From Eledone cirrhosa (Eukaryota), in contig OZ024741.1 in the NCBI GenBank assembly GCA_964016885.1, positions 55,242,001-55,306,000 on the forward strand: a stretch of 64,000 nucleotides of DNA, given 5' to 3'. Both the position numbers and the translations under genes were made by a program. Below are positions 37,715 through 50,689 of this stretch, piece after piece; position 1 is the stretch's first letter; each line of letters begins with the position of its first letter. Below the pieces are notes generated by a model that was not told the DNA's origin, ran no database searches, and saw nothing but the letters and a program-made list of their open reading frames with translations.

Positions 37715-40700
37715 TTTTGGGGCCCTTTCTGCCCGTGTGTTTGTTTGTTTATGTGTGTCCGTATACAGCGTGGTGATAATGCCACACAAGGGCCAAGTGG
37801 GATGGCGGATCCACAGATGGCTATGTAAACATACATTCGCCAATCCTCGATAAGAGTGTTTAAATATCGAACATAAACAGTTCGAATAACGGTGAAATGG
37901 AGACTAGAACGTCATGTGACAGACTCTCACCCAACAGGTGCCCCCTGGCTCAGCAGCAGGAACCTGACTGTCAACCAAATACTGCTGATGTTGGAGGAAG
38001 AAGAAGAAGGAAAGGGGCCAGAACCAACTGGACGAAAGAATTGAATAGAACTGTTATGCAATGCTACCTGAAAAGTAACCCCAAGGAGAGGGGCTACAGG
38101 AGACGGATGCATAACATCTGGAACGAGATTGGTTTATTTAAATTAGATGAACAAAAATTGGCCGGGCAGGCTCGGGTAATAAGAACTAATGGGTGGATAA
38201 GCGAGCTGGAACTGGAGGAACTGAGCAGAGAGAATGGCTTGGAGATGGCGGGTGTAGTATGCCAGACAAGCGAGCCGGCGGGAAATGAAGGTGAGGAGGT
38301 CCTGAGAACGGAGGAACCACCCGAAGCAGACAATGATCTGAATACTGAGATAAATAATACCTGGAACAGAGATACGGCCACTGAGGAGATGAATGCTGAC
38401 GGGCTAGGACAAGATTCGGTTGACATCCTAAATTTAGTGGTAGATGAATTGAACAATGATAGTGGGAGACCTATGAACCTAAGATTTGTAGACAGGAAAA
38501 AGTTAAAAGAAACAACAGCTAAGGTAAACAAAGTCATCCCATACCTTGAGGCGAGGAGTCTTCACCAGTGCAACAATATCCTCAAAGCAACAGCAAATAC
38601 GGTGAGGAAACTACTTGGTATAAAAGCGAGAGGAAACAACAGACAAGAAAGAGCAGAGCCGTGGTGGAAGAAGCGACTGAGTGGGCAAATCGAGGAAATG
38701 AGAAATGACATAGGAAAGCTTGAGTCACTACTGAATGGGACACTAAAAAACATAGGCACTAAAAATAGACTGGAAATAAAATACAAAACTAGGAGTAAAA
38801 AGCTAAATATTATCATAGAGGAATTGAAGCAACGCATTGTAGCAAAGAGTGCCAAAATCAGGCGATACGAGAACAGAGTCAGTCAGTATAAACAGAACCG
38901 CATGTTCGACAACAACCAGAAGATGCTGTTTGGACAGCTTGAGGGGAAAGAAAGAGGCAACGACTTGATCCCTGGGGCGGAACAAGCTAAAACATTCTGG
39001 AGAGGAATATGGGAGCAGGATGTTAGACACAATGCCCAGGCAGGGTGGATTGAGACAGTACAGAGGGAGATCGGTGAGCAGGCACAGCAACAGACTGATT
39101 TGAGTATCACAGTTGAAACTCTTAAGGGGCAAGCCAAAAAACTAACCAACTGGAAATCACCAGGCCCAGATGGTGTGCAGGGGTATTGGATTAAACATTT
39201 AACATCCCTCCACCCGAAGCTGACGGCCATGTTCAATGACTGCTTGGTGTCGGGTGAGGTGCCAGAGTGGTTGACAAAAGGTACCACAGTTCTGATAATG
39301 AAAGACCGAATCAAGGGTAATGATGTTACCAACTATAGACCTATCACATGTCTGCCCGTAATGTGGAAACTGTTGACGAGCATTGTGTCTGAGGAAATCT
39401 ACCATCACCTCCACACAAACAACTTGTTGCCGGACGAACAGAAAGGATGCCGAAAGAAGTCACGTGGTACAAAGGACCAGTTGCTTATTGATAAGATGGT
39501 AATGGGGAATTGCAGGAGGAGACACACTGATCTTGCCATGGGATGGATAGACTACAGAAAGGCATTTGACATGGTGCCTCATTCCTGGATCACCAAAAGC
39601 CTGGAGATCTTCAGGGTGGCAGATAACATCAGACAGTTGCTGGGCAGGAGTATGGGGTCCTGGGAGACAGAGTTGACATCAACTGGAGTATCCTTGGGAA
39701 GCGTGAAGATCAAGAGAGGTATCTTCCAGGGAGATAGCCTGTCCCCTCTGTTGTTTGTCCTTGCCCTGATGCCCTTGACCATTATGCTGCGAAAAGTGAG
39801 AGCAGGATACAAGTTGGGAAGGGGAGAGCTTACCATCAATCACCTCCTCTTCATGGACGATCTTAAGCTCTTCGGGAAAAGTGAGAAGGAGTTGGATGTG
39901 CTTGTTGACACTGTCCGTATTTTCAGCAGTGATATATGTATGCACTTTGGTATTGGTAAATGTGGAGTCATTGTGATGAGGAGGGGTAGGTTGAGCAGAA
40001 GTAACGGGATCCAGATACCAACAGGTGAGATGATAAAGGAAATTGACTCTGAGGAAGGATACAAGTATTTGGGCGTTCTGGAGGCTGATGGCATAAAGAA
40101 CAAAAAAATGAAGGAATTGTTGGGAACTGAATACATTCGGAGAGTAAGGAGCGTATTGAAGTCACATCTGAACAGCAGAAATGCCATAAGCGCAGTAAAT
40201 TCCCGAGCTGTGTCTATTATTAGGTACAGTGCGGGAATTCTGAGATGGAATGTTGCTGAACAAAAAGAAATGGATAGGAAGACTAGGAAGCTATTGACTA
40301 TCTACAACATGTTCCACAAGAGGAGTGATGTCGATAGACTCTACTTAAGGAGATCTGAAGGTGGAAGAGGTCTTATCAGCATAGAGGACGTGTTCAGATG
40401 GAGAAAAACAACCTATACAAATACGTGACCTATAGTAAGGAGCCAATGCTCAGAGCTGTACTGAAGGAGGGGACAATAGGCCAGGGGATGTCCAAGCAGG
40501 AAATAACAAGGAGAAAGAGCAGCTTTCATAAAAAATCCCTTCATAGTACCTTCTTTGAGAAAACTGAATTTAGAGATCCACAGACATGGAACTGGTTGAG
40601 AAGAGGAGACCTCAAAAAGGCTACAGAAGGAATGCTAATGGCTGCGCAAGAGCAGGCCCTCAAAACGAAGTGGTTGAAGCACCATATCTACAAGGAGGAG

Positions 40701-41360
40701 GCTAGCCCACTGTGCAGGATCTGTGGAGAGAGAGAGGAGACTGTGGCTCACATTGTGTCCGAGTGTAAACACCTAGCCCAGACCCACTATAAGGGCTGGA
40801 GACACGATGTGATGGGCAGGGTGATCCACTGGCACCTGTGCAAAGTAAACAATCTACCACATTCTGAGAAATGGTATGAGCATAGGCCAGAGGCGGTGAT
40901 GGAGAACAGTCAGGTGAAGGTGCTGTGGGATTTTAGGATACAGACGGACAAAAAACTGGAACACAATAGACCTGACCTGGTGGTTGTGGACAAAGAAAAA
41001 AGATCGTGCCTGATTGTGGATGTGGCCTGCCCGTTCGACACGAGAGTGCAAGAGAAGGAGAGGGAGAAAATTAACCGATACCAGGACCTAAAGTGGGAGG
41101 TGAAAAGGATTTGGAACTGCCATGAAGTCAAAGTGATCGCGATTGTCATAGGCGCACTGGGGACTATCTCCAAAGGTTTCCAGGGATGGTTAAAGAAAAT
41201 CGGCCCCTTCACGCTTTTTGGAACGCTTCAAAAGGCATGCTTGCTTGGAGCGGCAAGAACCCTCCGATACGTCCTGAATATCTGAGGCTGCAGGTAGTGG
41301 CTTGATATTCAATCCAACGGACTTTCCAGTTAACCAACATCAATGACTGAGATTCAAGGA
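37715..41360 (+). mobile_element. R4/Dong-clade RLE LINE, family A, full length (copy 2)
   Basis: Colinear with copy 1 at an offset of 4860; (AAT)n tail. Confidence 0.95.
37897..41285 (+). pseudogene. RT-zinc finger-RLE polyprotein with one frameshift near 40390
   Basis: 843-aa and 295-aa ORFs; gaggac-gtgttc versus gaggactatgttc in copy 1 (1-nt deletion). NYRPITCLP, FMDD, CRICG..H..EC..RHD and RPD..D..EK..RY are all intact. Confidence 0.92.
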
Positions 41361-41412
41361 ATAACAATAACAATAATAATAATAATAATAATAATGATAA
41401 TAATAATAATAT

Positions 41413-42043
41413 TGAAAAATTGAGCAAGTATAAGGACCTGGAGATAGAAATTGGAAAAATGTGGAAATTGAGAACTAAAACAATACCAGTGGTTGTAGGC
41501 GCTCTGGGAATGATACCTAAGGGGTCTAACGACTACTTATCGCAAATCCCAGGAAACCCGCGTATAGGAGAAATACAAAAGATAGTACTAATGGGAACTG
41601 CCCATATACTAAGGAAGATCCTGTCAATATAAGTACATCACAAGTCTAAACACTAAGGATGCATGTGTGAATATGTGTGTTCTTTCTTGAACATGGCGGA
41701 CCTTGTTGTCTCTTGAGGTCACTGGTTGTGACTTGGTGATAACTCGTATAAACATAAAGCAAGATAAATGCAAATAATAATAATAATAATACTTCCATGA
41801 AGTCAAAGTGATCCCGATTGTCATAGGCGCACTGGGGACTATCTCCAAAAGTTTCCAGGGATGGTTAAAGAAAATCGGCCCCTTCACGCTTTTTGGAACG
41901 CTTCAAAAGGCATGCTTGCTTGGAACAGCAAGAACCCTCCGATACGTCCTGAATATCTGAGGCTGCAGGTAGTGGCTTGATATTCAATCCAACGGACTTT
42001 CCAGTTAACCAACATCAATGACTGAGATTCAAGGAATAACAAC

Positions 42044-42089
<46 letters not shown>

Positions 42090-42285
42090 AAGATAGTACT
42101 AATGGGAACTTCCCATATACTAAGGAAGATTCTGTCAATATAAGTACATCACAAGTCTAAACACTAAAGATGCATGTGTGAGTATGTATGTTCTTTCTTG
42201 AACATGGCGGACCTTGTTGTCTCTTGAGGTCACTGGTTGTGACTTGGTGATAACTCGTATGAACATAAAGCAAGATAAATGCAAC
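41413..42285 (+). mobile_element. Alternating 3' stubs of R4/Dong family B (41413-41773, 42086-42285) and family A (41792-42035), separated by (AAT)n
   Basis: EKLSKYKDLEIEIGKMW..TIPVVVGALG..LMGTAHILRK with its own 3' UTR, present twice; family A 3' end in between. Confidence 0.9.
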
Positions 42286-42327
42286 TGTAATAATAATAAT
42301 AATAATAATAAGGAGTGTAATTATAAT

Positions 42328-42441
42328 AATTGTTTCTACTTTTGGCACCTGGCCAGCAATTATCCCAGTGCATTACTGGTACTTTATTTTATCGACCCCG
42401 TAAGGATGAAAGGCAAAGTTAACTTCGGCGGGATTTGAACT
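42328..42441 (-). mobile_element. 5'-truncated Nin SINE
   Basis: SINE 3' half ending at the B box. Confidence 0.85.
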
Positions 42442-42442
42442 T

Positions 42443-42975
42443 GTGATTATAATAATAAGGAGTGTAATTATAGTTTAATGTAAGGAATGTTAATAATGAT
42501 AATAATAATGTCTGTTTACAATTGTTTCGCTACTCCATATAATGTTTCTGGATCAATTGATTATAGATCATTATTGATCTGGTTCAGATGAAGATAAGTA
42601 ACTTAGGTAAAAAATGGAGTGGCTCTTCAGAACTTCAAAGGATAATGAAAATATTTATAAATATACTATGGAATAAGAAATATAAAGTAAGTAAAGAAAG
42701 AAGGTTACATGAATGTAATGTTCCATATATTGGTATTTCCCGACGGTGTTTTGGATCTATTTCATTTCTGTTATAGGCAAGCATTATTCATCTGTCGAGG
42801 CTGTATTAAGCGATGTCTGCCTATGCATAACAAGATGGCCGCCTGAGGATATTTACCTTACTAATTAGAGAAACATTATATGGAGTAGTGAAACAATTGT
42901 AAACGGACATTATTATTATCATTATTAACATTCCTTACATTAAACTATAATTACACTCCTTATTATTATAATCAC
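42443..42975. mobile_element. MITE/foldback with ~106-bp TIRs (outer TIR modules at about 42302 and 43443-43476)
   Basis: 42443-42548 is the reverse complement of 42869-42975 with very few mismatches. Confidence 0.85.
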
Positions 42976-42991
42976 ACTCCTTATTATTATT

Positions 42992-43426
42992 CGGCCAATC
43001 CCTCATCAATTTCTTCAAGTTTCACCTGGAAAGGAAGGTGAGGGTGGAGAGAGAAGTGCTGCCCCCCCCCCCCCCCCCCCAGTACATTTTCTAAAAGGTG
43101 GATGAATGTGGCGAGAATGGCTCGTGTGAATGGGCCTACTCTGACCATGTGCCTATAGGCTAGCTAACTTGAGGGGAGGGGTGCTCTCCCTGGGTGCCCT
43201 AGAAGCGCAGGGTGGTTCAGGATTGGTGGGGTACCCGAGTCACCCCAGGGTCGTCCATCCCCTATCGGGGAATTTATTTTGTTATATTTGTGCATAGTTT
43301 ATTTTATATTTTTATATCTTCATTGTTAAATTAGTCTTGCCATTGTGCACTTTTACTCGATCTTATTGTAAACCCCCACTGTCCCTGTCTTTGTATTGTC
43401 GGCCCATGTGGCTAATAAATGAAATC
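42992..43426 (+). mobile_element. Tx1 LINE 3' stub in (ATT)n
   Basis: LINFFKFHL.RKVRVEREVL..VARMARVNGPTL; AATAAATGAAATC followed by (ATT)n. Confidence 0.9.
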
Positions 43427-43559
43427 ATTATTATTATTATTATTCCTTACATTAAATTATAATTACACTCCTTATTCCTCACATATACTGAAACGATGTT
43501 GACTTTCTTTAAATAACGTCTTCCTTGTGAAATGTGTGGTCTTGTCTTTGCTTAACTAA

Positions 43560-43650
<91 letters not shown>

Positions 43651-43654
43651 CGAA

Positions 43655-43772
43655 GGAATTGTGGTAAGGAACCAGATGGACCATAACGCACCAGAGTACT
43701 CAATACTTAGGGTAGTAGAGTGGGTAATAGGAAAAAGTATGACCCCGACGGCAGAGCTCAAGCCGTTTCGAA
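43655..43772 (-). mobile_element. PLE pseudo-LTR fragment with 3' half hammerhead
   Basis: GAA-ACGGC(UUGAGCUCU)GCCGU-C/GGGG. Same sequence at 53661-53705; 5' half absent. Confidence 0.65.
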
Positions 43773-44015
43773 AAAGAAGAAAGGAAGAAAGAAGAAAAGT
43801 CAGCGTTAAGATCATGCTACAATCAGGCTAGAAATTGCCGCGAAAAATGTTTTTCCAAAGAACCTATATCCTAACCAGATGGTCATAAGTAGACCGAATA
43901 GCCAACACTTAAGGGCGACCGACTGAGGTAGAAGATGCTAGATGGTCGGTCGTCCTCTTGTCTATGATTTTCGGCCCCATGAATTTTATGTTATATTCCT
44001 TTGTTATAGTTTCAA

Positions 44016-44071
44016 TACCTGATGATGTCACCGGATTCATACGGAACCCGGTCATTGAAATGATCATAGTA
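44016..44071 (+). ncRNA. Type I hammerhead ribozyme in the 5' pseudo-LTR
   Basis: UAC-CUGAUGA-UGucACCGG..UUC..GAA..CCGGUCAuu-GAA-AUGAUCAU-A/GUA. The copy at about 46256-46310 has a core deletion. Confidence 0.8.
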
Positions 44072-45767
44072 CAATAAACCTTCCAAGGATTTACACAAGT
44101 CCAGCCTCCTGTTATTTTATTGTAATAATTAACTCCGTACTCGCACCACCAACTACACAAACGAAGACGGGTGAGCTGCATTACGTTGAGTACTCTCCAT
44201 AATATTTCATCGAGATTGACCATACGGAATGACCAGTTCTATCCAGTGGTGAACCAACAAACCTAAATAAATAATGCTCCAGAAATGTTGAGCGCTTTCA
44301 GATGTAATAATGAACAGCGGCACTGACTCCAGTGTACAGCTTTCGCCAGCATGGGACTGACTGATCTACTCACCATTCGGATTTTGGCTGCTCTGTGCTT
44401 TATCTACCACCCACCTGGTACAATGCTGCTTCCCTGTCGGGAATATTCAGACTTCGACAAAATTCTACGGATTATATTATAACCTGTATTGTATTGACTG
44501 AATTCTCTACCCTATACTTCAGGGCCTTTGTGATTCACACTGAATTCTGAGACTCGAACATACACTAGGTATCACCTGATACCATTCCATCTTTTCCATC
44601 CTCTATATCTATATGTATTATTTAACTGCAACTTGATCTATATTGTATTTCCCCTGTGATCTGATTTCTCCGATATGTTCTTATATACTTCCGTTCTACT
44701 CCATCACCATCCTAGCTATGACGGCGTTTTATTTATGTATTTTTACTTTATTAATGTATTTTTATTAATGTATTTTTATCTTTGTATTCTGCTTTTATTT
44801 ATTTATGTATTTTCGCTTATTGTTCCTTTTATTTAGGTTCTTACTCGCTTTACTCTCATTATGTACTTATCATTGTACTCATTAGCACACGACACTAGAA
44901 TATACGATTATATCTCTATACGATTATATCTCCCCCTACCCACCAAAGAACCACACTACTTATAACCCGGACTAACTGGGGACTTAAATATAGTCTATTT
45001 TCGCATTTCATCGGCTTTACCACTTTCAACCTCACATCACGGGTGTGAGTATATAATAATCGCTTGGTTACACGCGATGATCCGACTGATGTGGTGGCTT
45101 TCCCGGCTACACGCCTACCGCTCTGGTGCATAAGCCTTCCTTGAGTGCTTGGAAAAATAAATTTCCCCTTCTTTCGGTATTTGAAATTACTCGGAGCGGA
45201 TGGCTTCGCTCCGGGGCCCACCGCGCCGCCGGTTTTGACCGCCATATAGTACCTTTAAATTCTAGGCCTAATCATAACTATTAGCTGTATCATGCCTCCC
45301 TCTACTGGCACGTAAACAAATCTCCCTCCCGTGTGAATTAATAGTATTCGTTTGGTATAGCGATGGCCTGACGGTGATGGCAGACTTCCCGCCAACACAC
45401 CCGAACCTAAGCCTATGACAGTTACATTCCTGGAGTACTCGGAAAAATTTAATTTCCATCTCTTTCGCTAGACGATATCGCTCGGAACGGCTGACACGTG
45501 GTTAGGAAGGGCTGGCCGGAGTCTGCAGTCGTCGCGTGTTATTGACTGCTAAACAAAGGCTTAATCTTTACTTTATATCCCACCCTGAAAACTTATCGAG
45601 AATCTCTATAATACACTTAAACTTTTTCATAAAAGACTCTCTCTGTAAATTCCTTAACTAAATCTCGCAACCGTAAACTTTTTTTAATTTCTTAATTTCA
45701 TCTTATATCTCTAAACATAAGTTTAACGTTCCAATTTTCTGTTCACACATTATTGTATGCCTCTGTT

Positions 45768-45951
45768 GTGGATTGGCAGTATCGGTAGAGGGTCGGACGC
45801 CATGCTTTCCAGCATAGTTATGTCCCTTTACGATCTGAGTTCAAATCCCGCCGAGGTTGACTTTGCCTTTAATCCTTACGGGGTCGATAAAATAAAGTAC
45901 CAGTAATGCACTGGGTAATCGTTGGCCTTGTGCCTAAAGTAGAAACAATTA
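45768..45951 (+). mobile_element. Nin-domain SINE nested in the PLE
   Basis: 12-bp TSD TATGCCTCTGTT at 45756-45767 and 45952-45963. Confidence 0.92.
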
Positions 45952-46360
45952 TATGCCTCTGTTAGAATATAGGTTCTTTGGAAAAACATTTTTCGCGGCA
46001 ATTTCTAGCCTGATTGTAGCATGACCTTAATGCTGACTTTTCTTCTTTCTTCCTTTCTTCTTGTTTCTCTTTGACGGAGAGGTAGTACTACATTATAAGC
46101 TTTCGCCCCCTAACCAGATGGTCATAAGTAGACCGAATAGCCCACACTTGAGGGCCACCGACTAAAGTAGAAGATGCTAGATGGTCGGTCGTCCTCTTGT
46201 CTATGATTTTCAGCCCCATGGATTTTATCTGTTATATTCCTTTGTTATATTTCGAATACCTGATATCACTGGATTCATACTGAACCCGGTCATTGAAATG
46301 ATCATAGTATAATAAACCTTTCAAGGATTTACACAAGTCCAGCCTCCTGTTATTTTATTG

Positions 46361-46423
<63 letters not shown>

Positions 46424-46646
46424 AGCAAACATCATGTGTAAAGCTCGAATTTTCGAACTTTCGAAGCTCTGAGGAAGTAAATTTATAACATGTAGGATAC
46501 TCAAGCGCAGAAAATAACTCCAATTACAGTCAGTTGCTATAAAATAGCTTATAAATATCGGGTAAAGCCCTTAGAAATCTCTGTGTTTGTCATATATATA
46601 TATATGACAAACAGATATAGATATAGATAGATATATATATATATAA

Positions 46647-46761
<115 letters not shown>

Positions 46762-47089
46762 TGTATACACATACACACACACACATATATATGTATATTT
46801 ATTTATATGTATATATATGTATATGTGTGTGTGGGGGAGTATGTGGGTTTATGTGAACGTATTTTTATACTTACGAATGTTTATGTATAGATACATTAAA
46901 ACACACACAACCGCATATATGTATGCATGTGTGTAAATATATGTATGTATATATATGTGTATGAATATATGTATGTGTAAGTATATATATATATACATAC
47001 ATAAATAATATATATGTATATATGTATTATTTATGTATGTACGTAATGTATGTGTGTACTATGTATGTAATATGTGTATGTATCTAGGC

Positions 47090-47650
47090 TTCACCTTCAA
47101 ACTATATCTCAACTAAAACCATGAAACCATATTATCCACCAATTTCCTAGATACGATAAAAACCACTGTAATCTAATAAAGCAATGAAAATTCACGCTAA
47201 AAGTATTTTTGATGGAGGCTTGAGTCAATAAGGGGCGGGATTCCTACAATCTCTATGAATATATGATTTACTGAACACATACTTGCTTTCTCTCCAGCAA
47301 CACACTCACACAACTGGCACTCGATCGCCTCAGCAACACCACTCTAATAAAAAAAGTTAACAACATTATACCTGGTCAGCTAAAAGTCACTTTTAACACT
47401 GGTTCGACTAATATCTGTAGCCACGGAAGTCTCCCAAATAGAATTTAATGTATTTCCACCACCAAAAACAACAAGCTCCCAATCTCCTTTTATTAAAACA
47501 CAAAACTGGGTTCAATTTAAAAATTAGGCCTATTGTTTCCAGTATAGACGGTCCTTTCTATAAAATTTCTTGACTTCTCTCCTGACTTCTCAAACCTCTC
47601 CTTAATACCTTCCCTAAACGCGTAGACAGTTCACATGAAATAATCAACGT
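47090..47650 (+). pseudogene. Penelope reverse transcriptase N-terminal remnant
   Basis: IKT.K..LKIRPIVSSIDGPFYKIS*LLS*LLKPLLNTFPKRVDSSHEII matches PLE K.HK..RPIVS..SP.Y.LS..L..LLKPL. Confidence 0.7.
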
Positions 47651-48171
47651 ATGGCAGATTCTTCGATATTGGTGGTTCCAATAAGAATTTTTCCCCATAT
47701 GAAACCATGGTAGGGAGACCTATATATATAAGCAAGTTTATACTCCTATAAATTCAGTTTTTTCTTAATTTTAATTTTAATATATAATTTTGTTTCACTG
47801 AGAGATTCCTCTCATTGAAGTGTTTAAGTATTAGTGAATAATTAACTTTTAATTATTATTAAACTACTCCTTAATTTGTCCAGTTGTACCAGATGGCCTT
47901 TTGGCTACTATTTCTAGCGACATTATAAGCCTGTCATATAGTCCTAATATGTTAGGGAATTTTTTAACACTACGCGTGTTTTTATTTCAGCATGCAAATA
48001 AAACAGTATGTATTATATCAATTTCTCGTAGATTTTGAAGAATCAAATTCCCCAGAAGAGTGTGGCAGATTCTTTCTCGCTTAATCTTAATATATAATAT
48101 TGCTTCTCTGAGAGATTCCTCTCATTGAGATGTTTAAATATTAGTGATTAATTAACCTTTAATTATTATAT

Positions 48172-48248
<77 letters not shown>

Positions 48249-48586
48249 TTTTGAGTTTATGTTGGTTGTATACCAACACCTCAGTATGCAGGCTGGAGCA
48301 CTCGACGAAGTGCGCAGGTTGGTTTGGTTACTCCGGAGTAGTGTAAAATAAAGTTTTTAAAAAAAAAAATAAAAATTTTTTTTTTTTTTTTTTTTTAAAC
48401 TTTATTTTATATATATATATATATATATGAAATATAAGAATCTGATGTTTTTACATTGAGCTACTTAACTTACTGGTAATAAGGTAGTAATATATTACTG
48501 CCTACCACTATTTAGGGTTTGTATAAAAAAATATATATAACTGCAAAAGGTTTTTGTATTTACATAACCATAAATAGTATAATTAA

Positions 48587-48630
<44 letters not shown>

Positions 48631-48672
48631 CTTCAAAATATTAATAAATATAGACATTCATGTGATCAAATA

Positions 48673-48738
48673 TATGTTATTATACATATTTCAGAGATAC
48701 TGAGCTATTTCAACAGTACGTCCTCATCAGATAAAATA
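48673..48738 (-). ncRNA. Type I hammerhead ribozyme (related to the 3842 copy)
   Basis: UAUUUUAU-CUGAUGA-GGAcGUACUG..CAGUAUcUCU-GAA-AUAUGUAU-A/AUAACAUA. Confidence 0.8.
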
Positions 48739-48824
48739 AGTTGATGCCTGGCATACCTTGACTATGTTGATGGTTATAATTTAGTCATATGATTTTAATT
48801 TAGTCATATATATAATCATATACA

Positions 48825-49011
<187 letters not shown>

Positions 49012-49060
49012 CATATTGATGAATTACGGAAACAGAAACAAATTCAAAGTTTGTTCTATC

Positions 49061-49260
49061 NNNNNNNNNNNNNNNNNNNNNNNNNNNNNNNNNNNNNNNN
49101 NNNNNNNNNNNNNNNNNNNNNNNNNNNNNNNNNNNNNNNNNNNNNNNNNNNNNNNNNNNNNNNNNNNNNNNNNNNNNNNNNNNNNNNNNNNNNNNNNNNN
49201 NNNNNNNNNNNNNNNNNNNNNNNNNNNNNNNNNNNNNNNNNNNNNNNNNNNNNNNNNNNN
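49061..49260. other. Assembly gap (200 N)
   Basis: Run of N. Confidence 1.
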
Positions 49261-49904
49261 AGAATATCAGCTTGAATATTTCGCAGTAATTACCTTCTGT
49301 CTCACTGCTATCTGAGTTCAAATCCTGTCGAAGTTGACTTTTACCTGTTATCCAGTCCTGGGTTGTGCTGGCTTCTCTTTATATCTCCTTCTCTCATTCA
49401 CTACCCCTCTCCTCCCTCCCCCTCTCTCTCCCTCTCTCAATCTATGTATCTATCTATCTATCTATCTCGCTCCCTATTCCTTTCTATCTATGCCCTCTCT
49501 CTCTCTCTTTCTCAATCTCTCTCCCCGTTTTCTCTCTCCCTCCTCTTTTCTTTTCTCTGGAAAAAAAAAAGTGTTTTCACTTGGTGAGTGATATTCTCCA
49601 CCAGGTTGAAATCTTATGAGGGCATCTCTACGAATTCTGCAGGAGTTAAAGGACCACGAATTTCACACGTTGATGTCCAGCTACTATTCTTGTCCATGAA
49701 AATTACGTGGTCAATGTATATTGGACATGGCACTCAGTGGCTTACCCTGTAGCACCAATGGTATGTTTAGGCCGTTTCTTTTGCATATACATACATACAT
49801 GGTGATGGCTGCTCATTCGTCATCGAGTATGGCCATACATACATATATACATACATTCATATATATATATATACAGACACACATACATACATATATACAT
49901 ACAT

Positions 49905-50590
49905 TCACAAGAACTCCCTACCACATATCTGCTGCACAATAAATGTAGGCTATGTAAAACAAAGATCGAGGATGTAAGCCACATTGTTGCCAGCTGCGAA
50001 AGAATGTCATCTCGCTACTACCTCCCCATGAGACACGATGGAATAGCTAGAACCATCTGGAACGCACTTCGGAAAACAAAATTAACAACAAACGAGGAAG
50101 AATATATTGAGACAGATGGCACTAAGGAATACTGGTGGAACCTGAAAATAAAAACTGCCACCAAATTAAAGCACAACCGGCCTGATATTGTTGTTTGGGA
50201 CCATACATTGAAAACGTGTTCTGTTGTGGAGATCAGCTGCCCACTTGATGTAAACGTTGTCAGAAAAATACAGGAGAAGGAGGACATCTATGGACCATTG
50301 ATGAGGAGTTTGCAAATCCAGTATCCAAGATACACCTTTAGCTTCATACCCATCATTATTGGAGCTACGGGTTATATACCAACCCGTTTGGACCAAAGTA
50401 TGACTGAACTTGGATTTGCGGACAAAGAGCGCAGCTCCCTAATTCATAGTCTACAAATGGCTGCGATAGCTTGCACCTTCAAAATTTGCAAAACAATTCT
50501 TGCGATTCAAGGGATGACAATTTCTTTTCTTTTACAACCTTGCCACCAGGAAGGTGGCCAGTCAAAAAAATATACTCGAAATTAAGAGAA
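49905..50590 (+). mobile_element. R4-like RLE LINE 3' fragment in (TACA)n
   Basis: KCRLCKTKIEDVSHIVASC..YYLPMRHD..HNRPDIVVWD..VEISCP..EKEDIY; CATA repeats on both sides. Confidence 0.85.
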
Positions 50591-50689
50591 AGAGATAACA
50601 TTCACACATATATACATACATACATACATATATACATACATATATATACATACATGTATACATACATATAGACATATATACATACATGT

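Larger units (their letters stand above)
43771..46362 (+). mobile_element. Non-autonomous Penelope-like element: 5' inversion, two direct pseudo-LTRs with hammerheads, no ORF
   Basis: Direct repeats at about 43870-44123 and 46109-46362; 43771-43874 is the inverse of 45961-46064; ends in (TA)n. Confidence 0.8.

Noticed and set aside
33234-41212. Antisense ORFs over the LINEs
   Set aside because: Shadow frames of the LINE coding strand.
47690-47720. GAA-ACCAUGGU-A palindromic stem III
   Set aside because: No CUGANGA box upstream.
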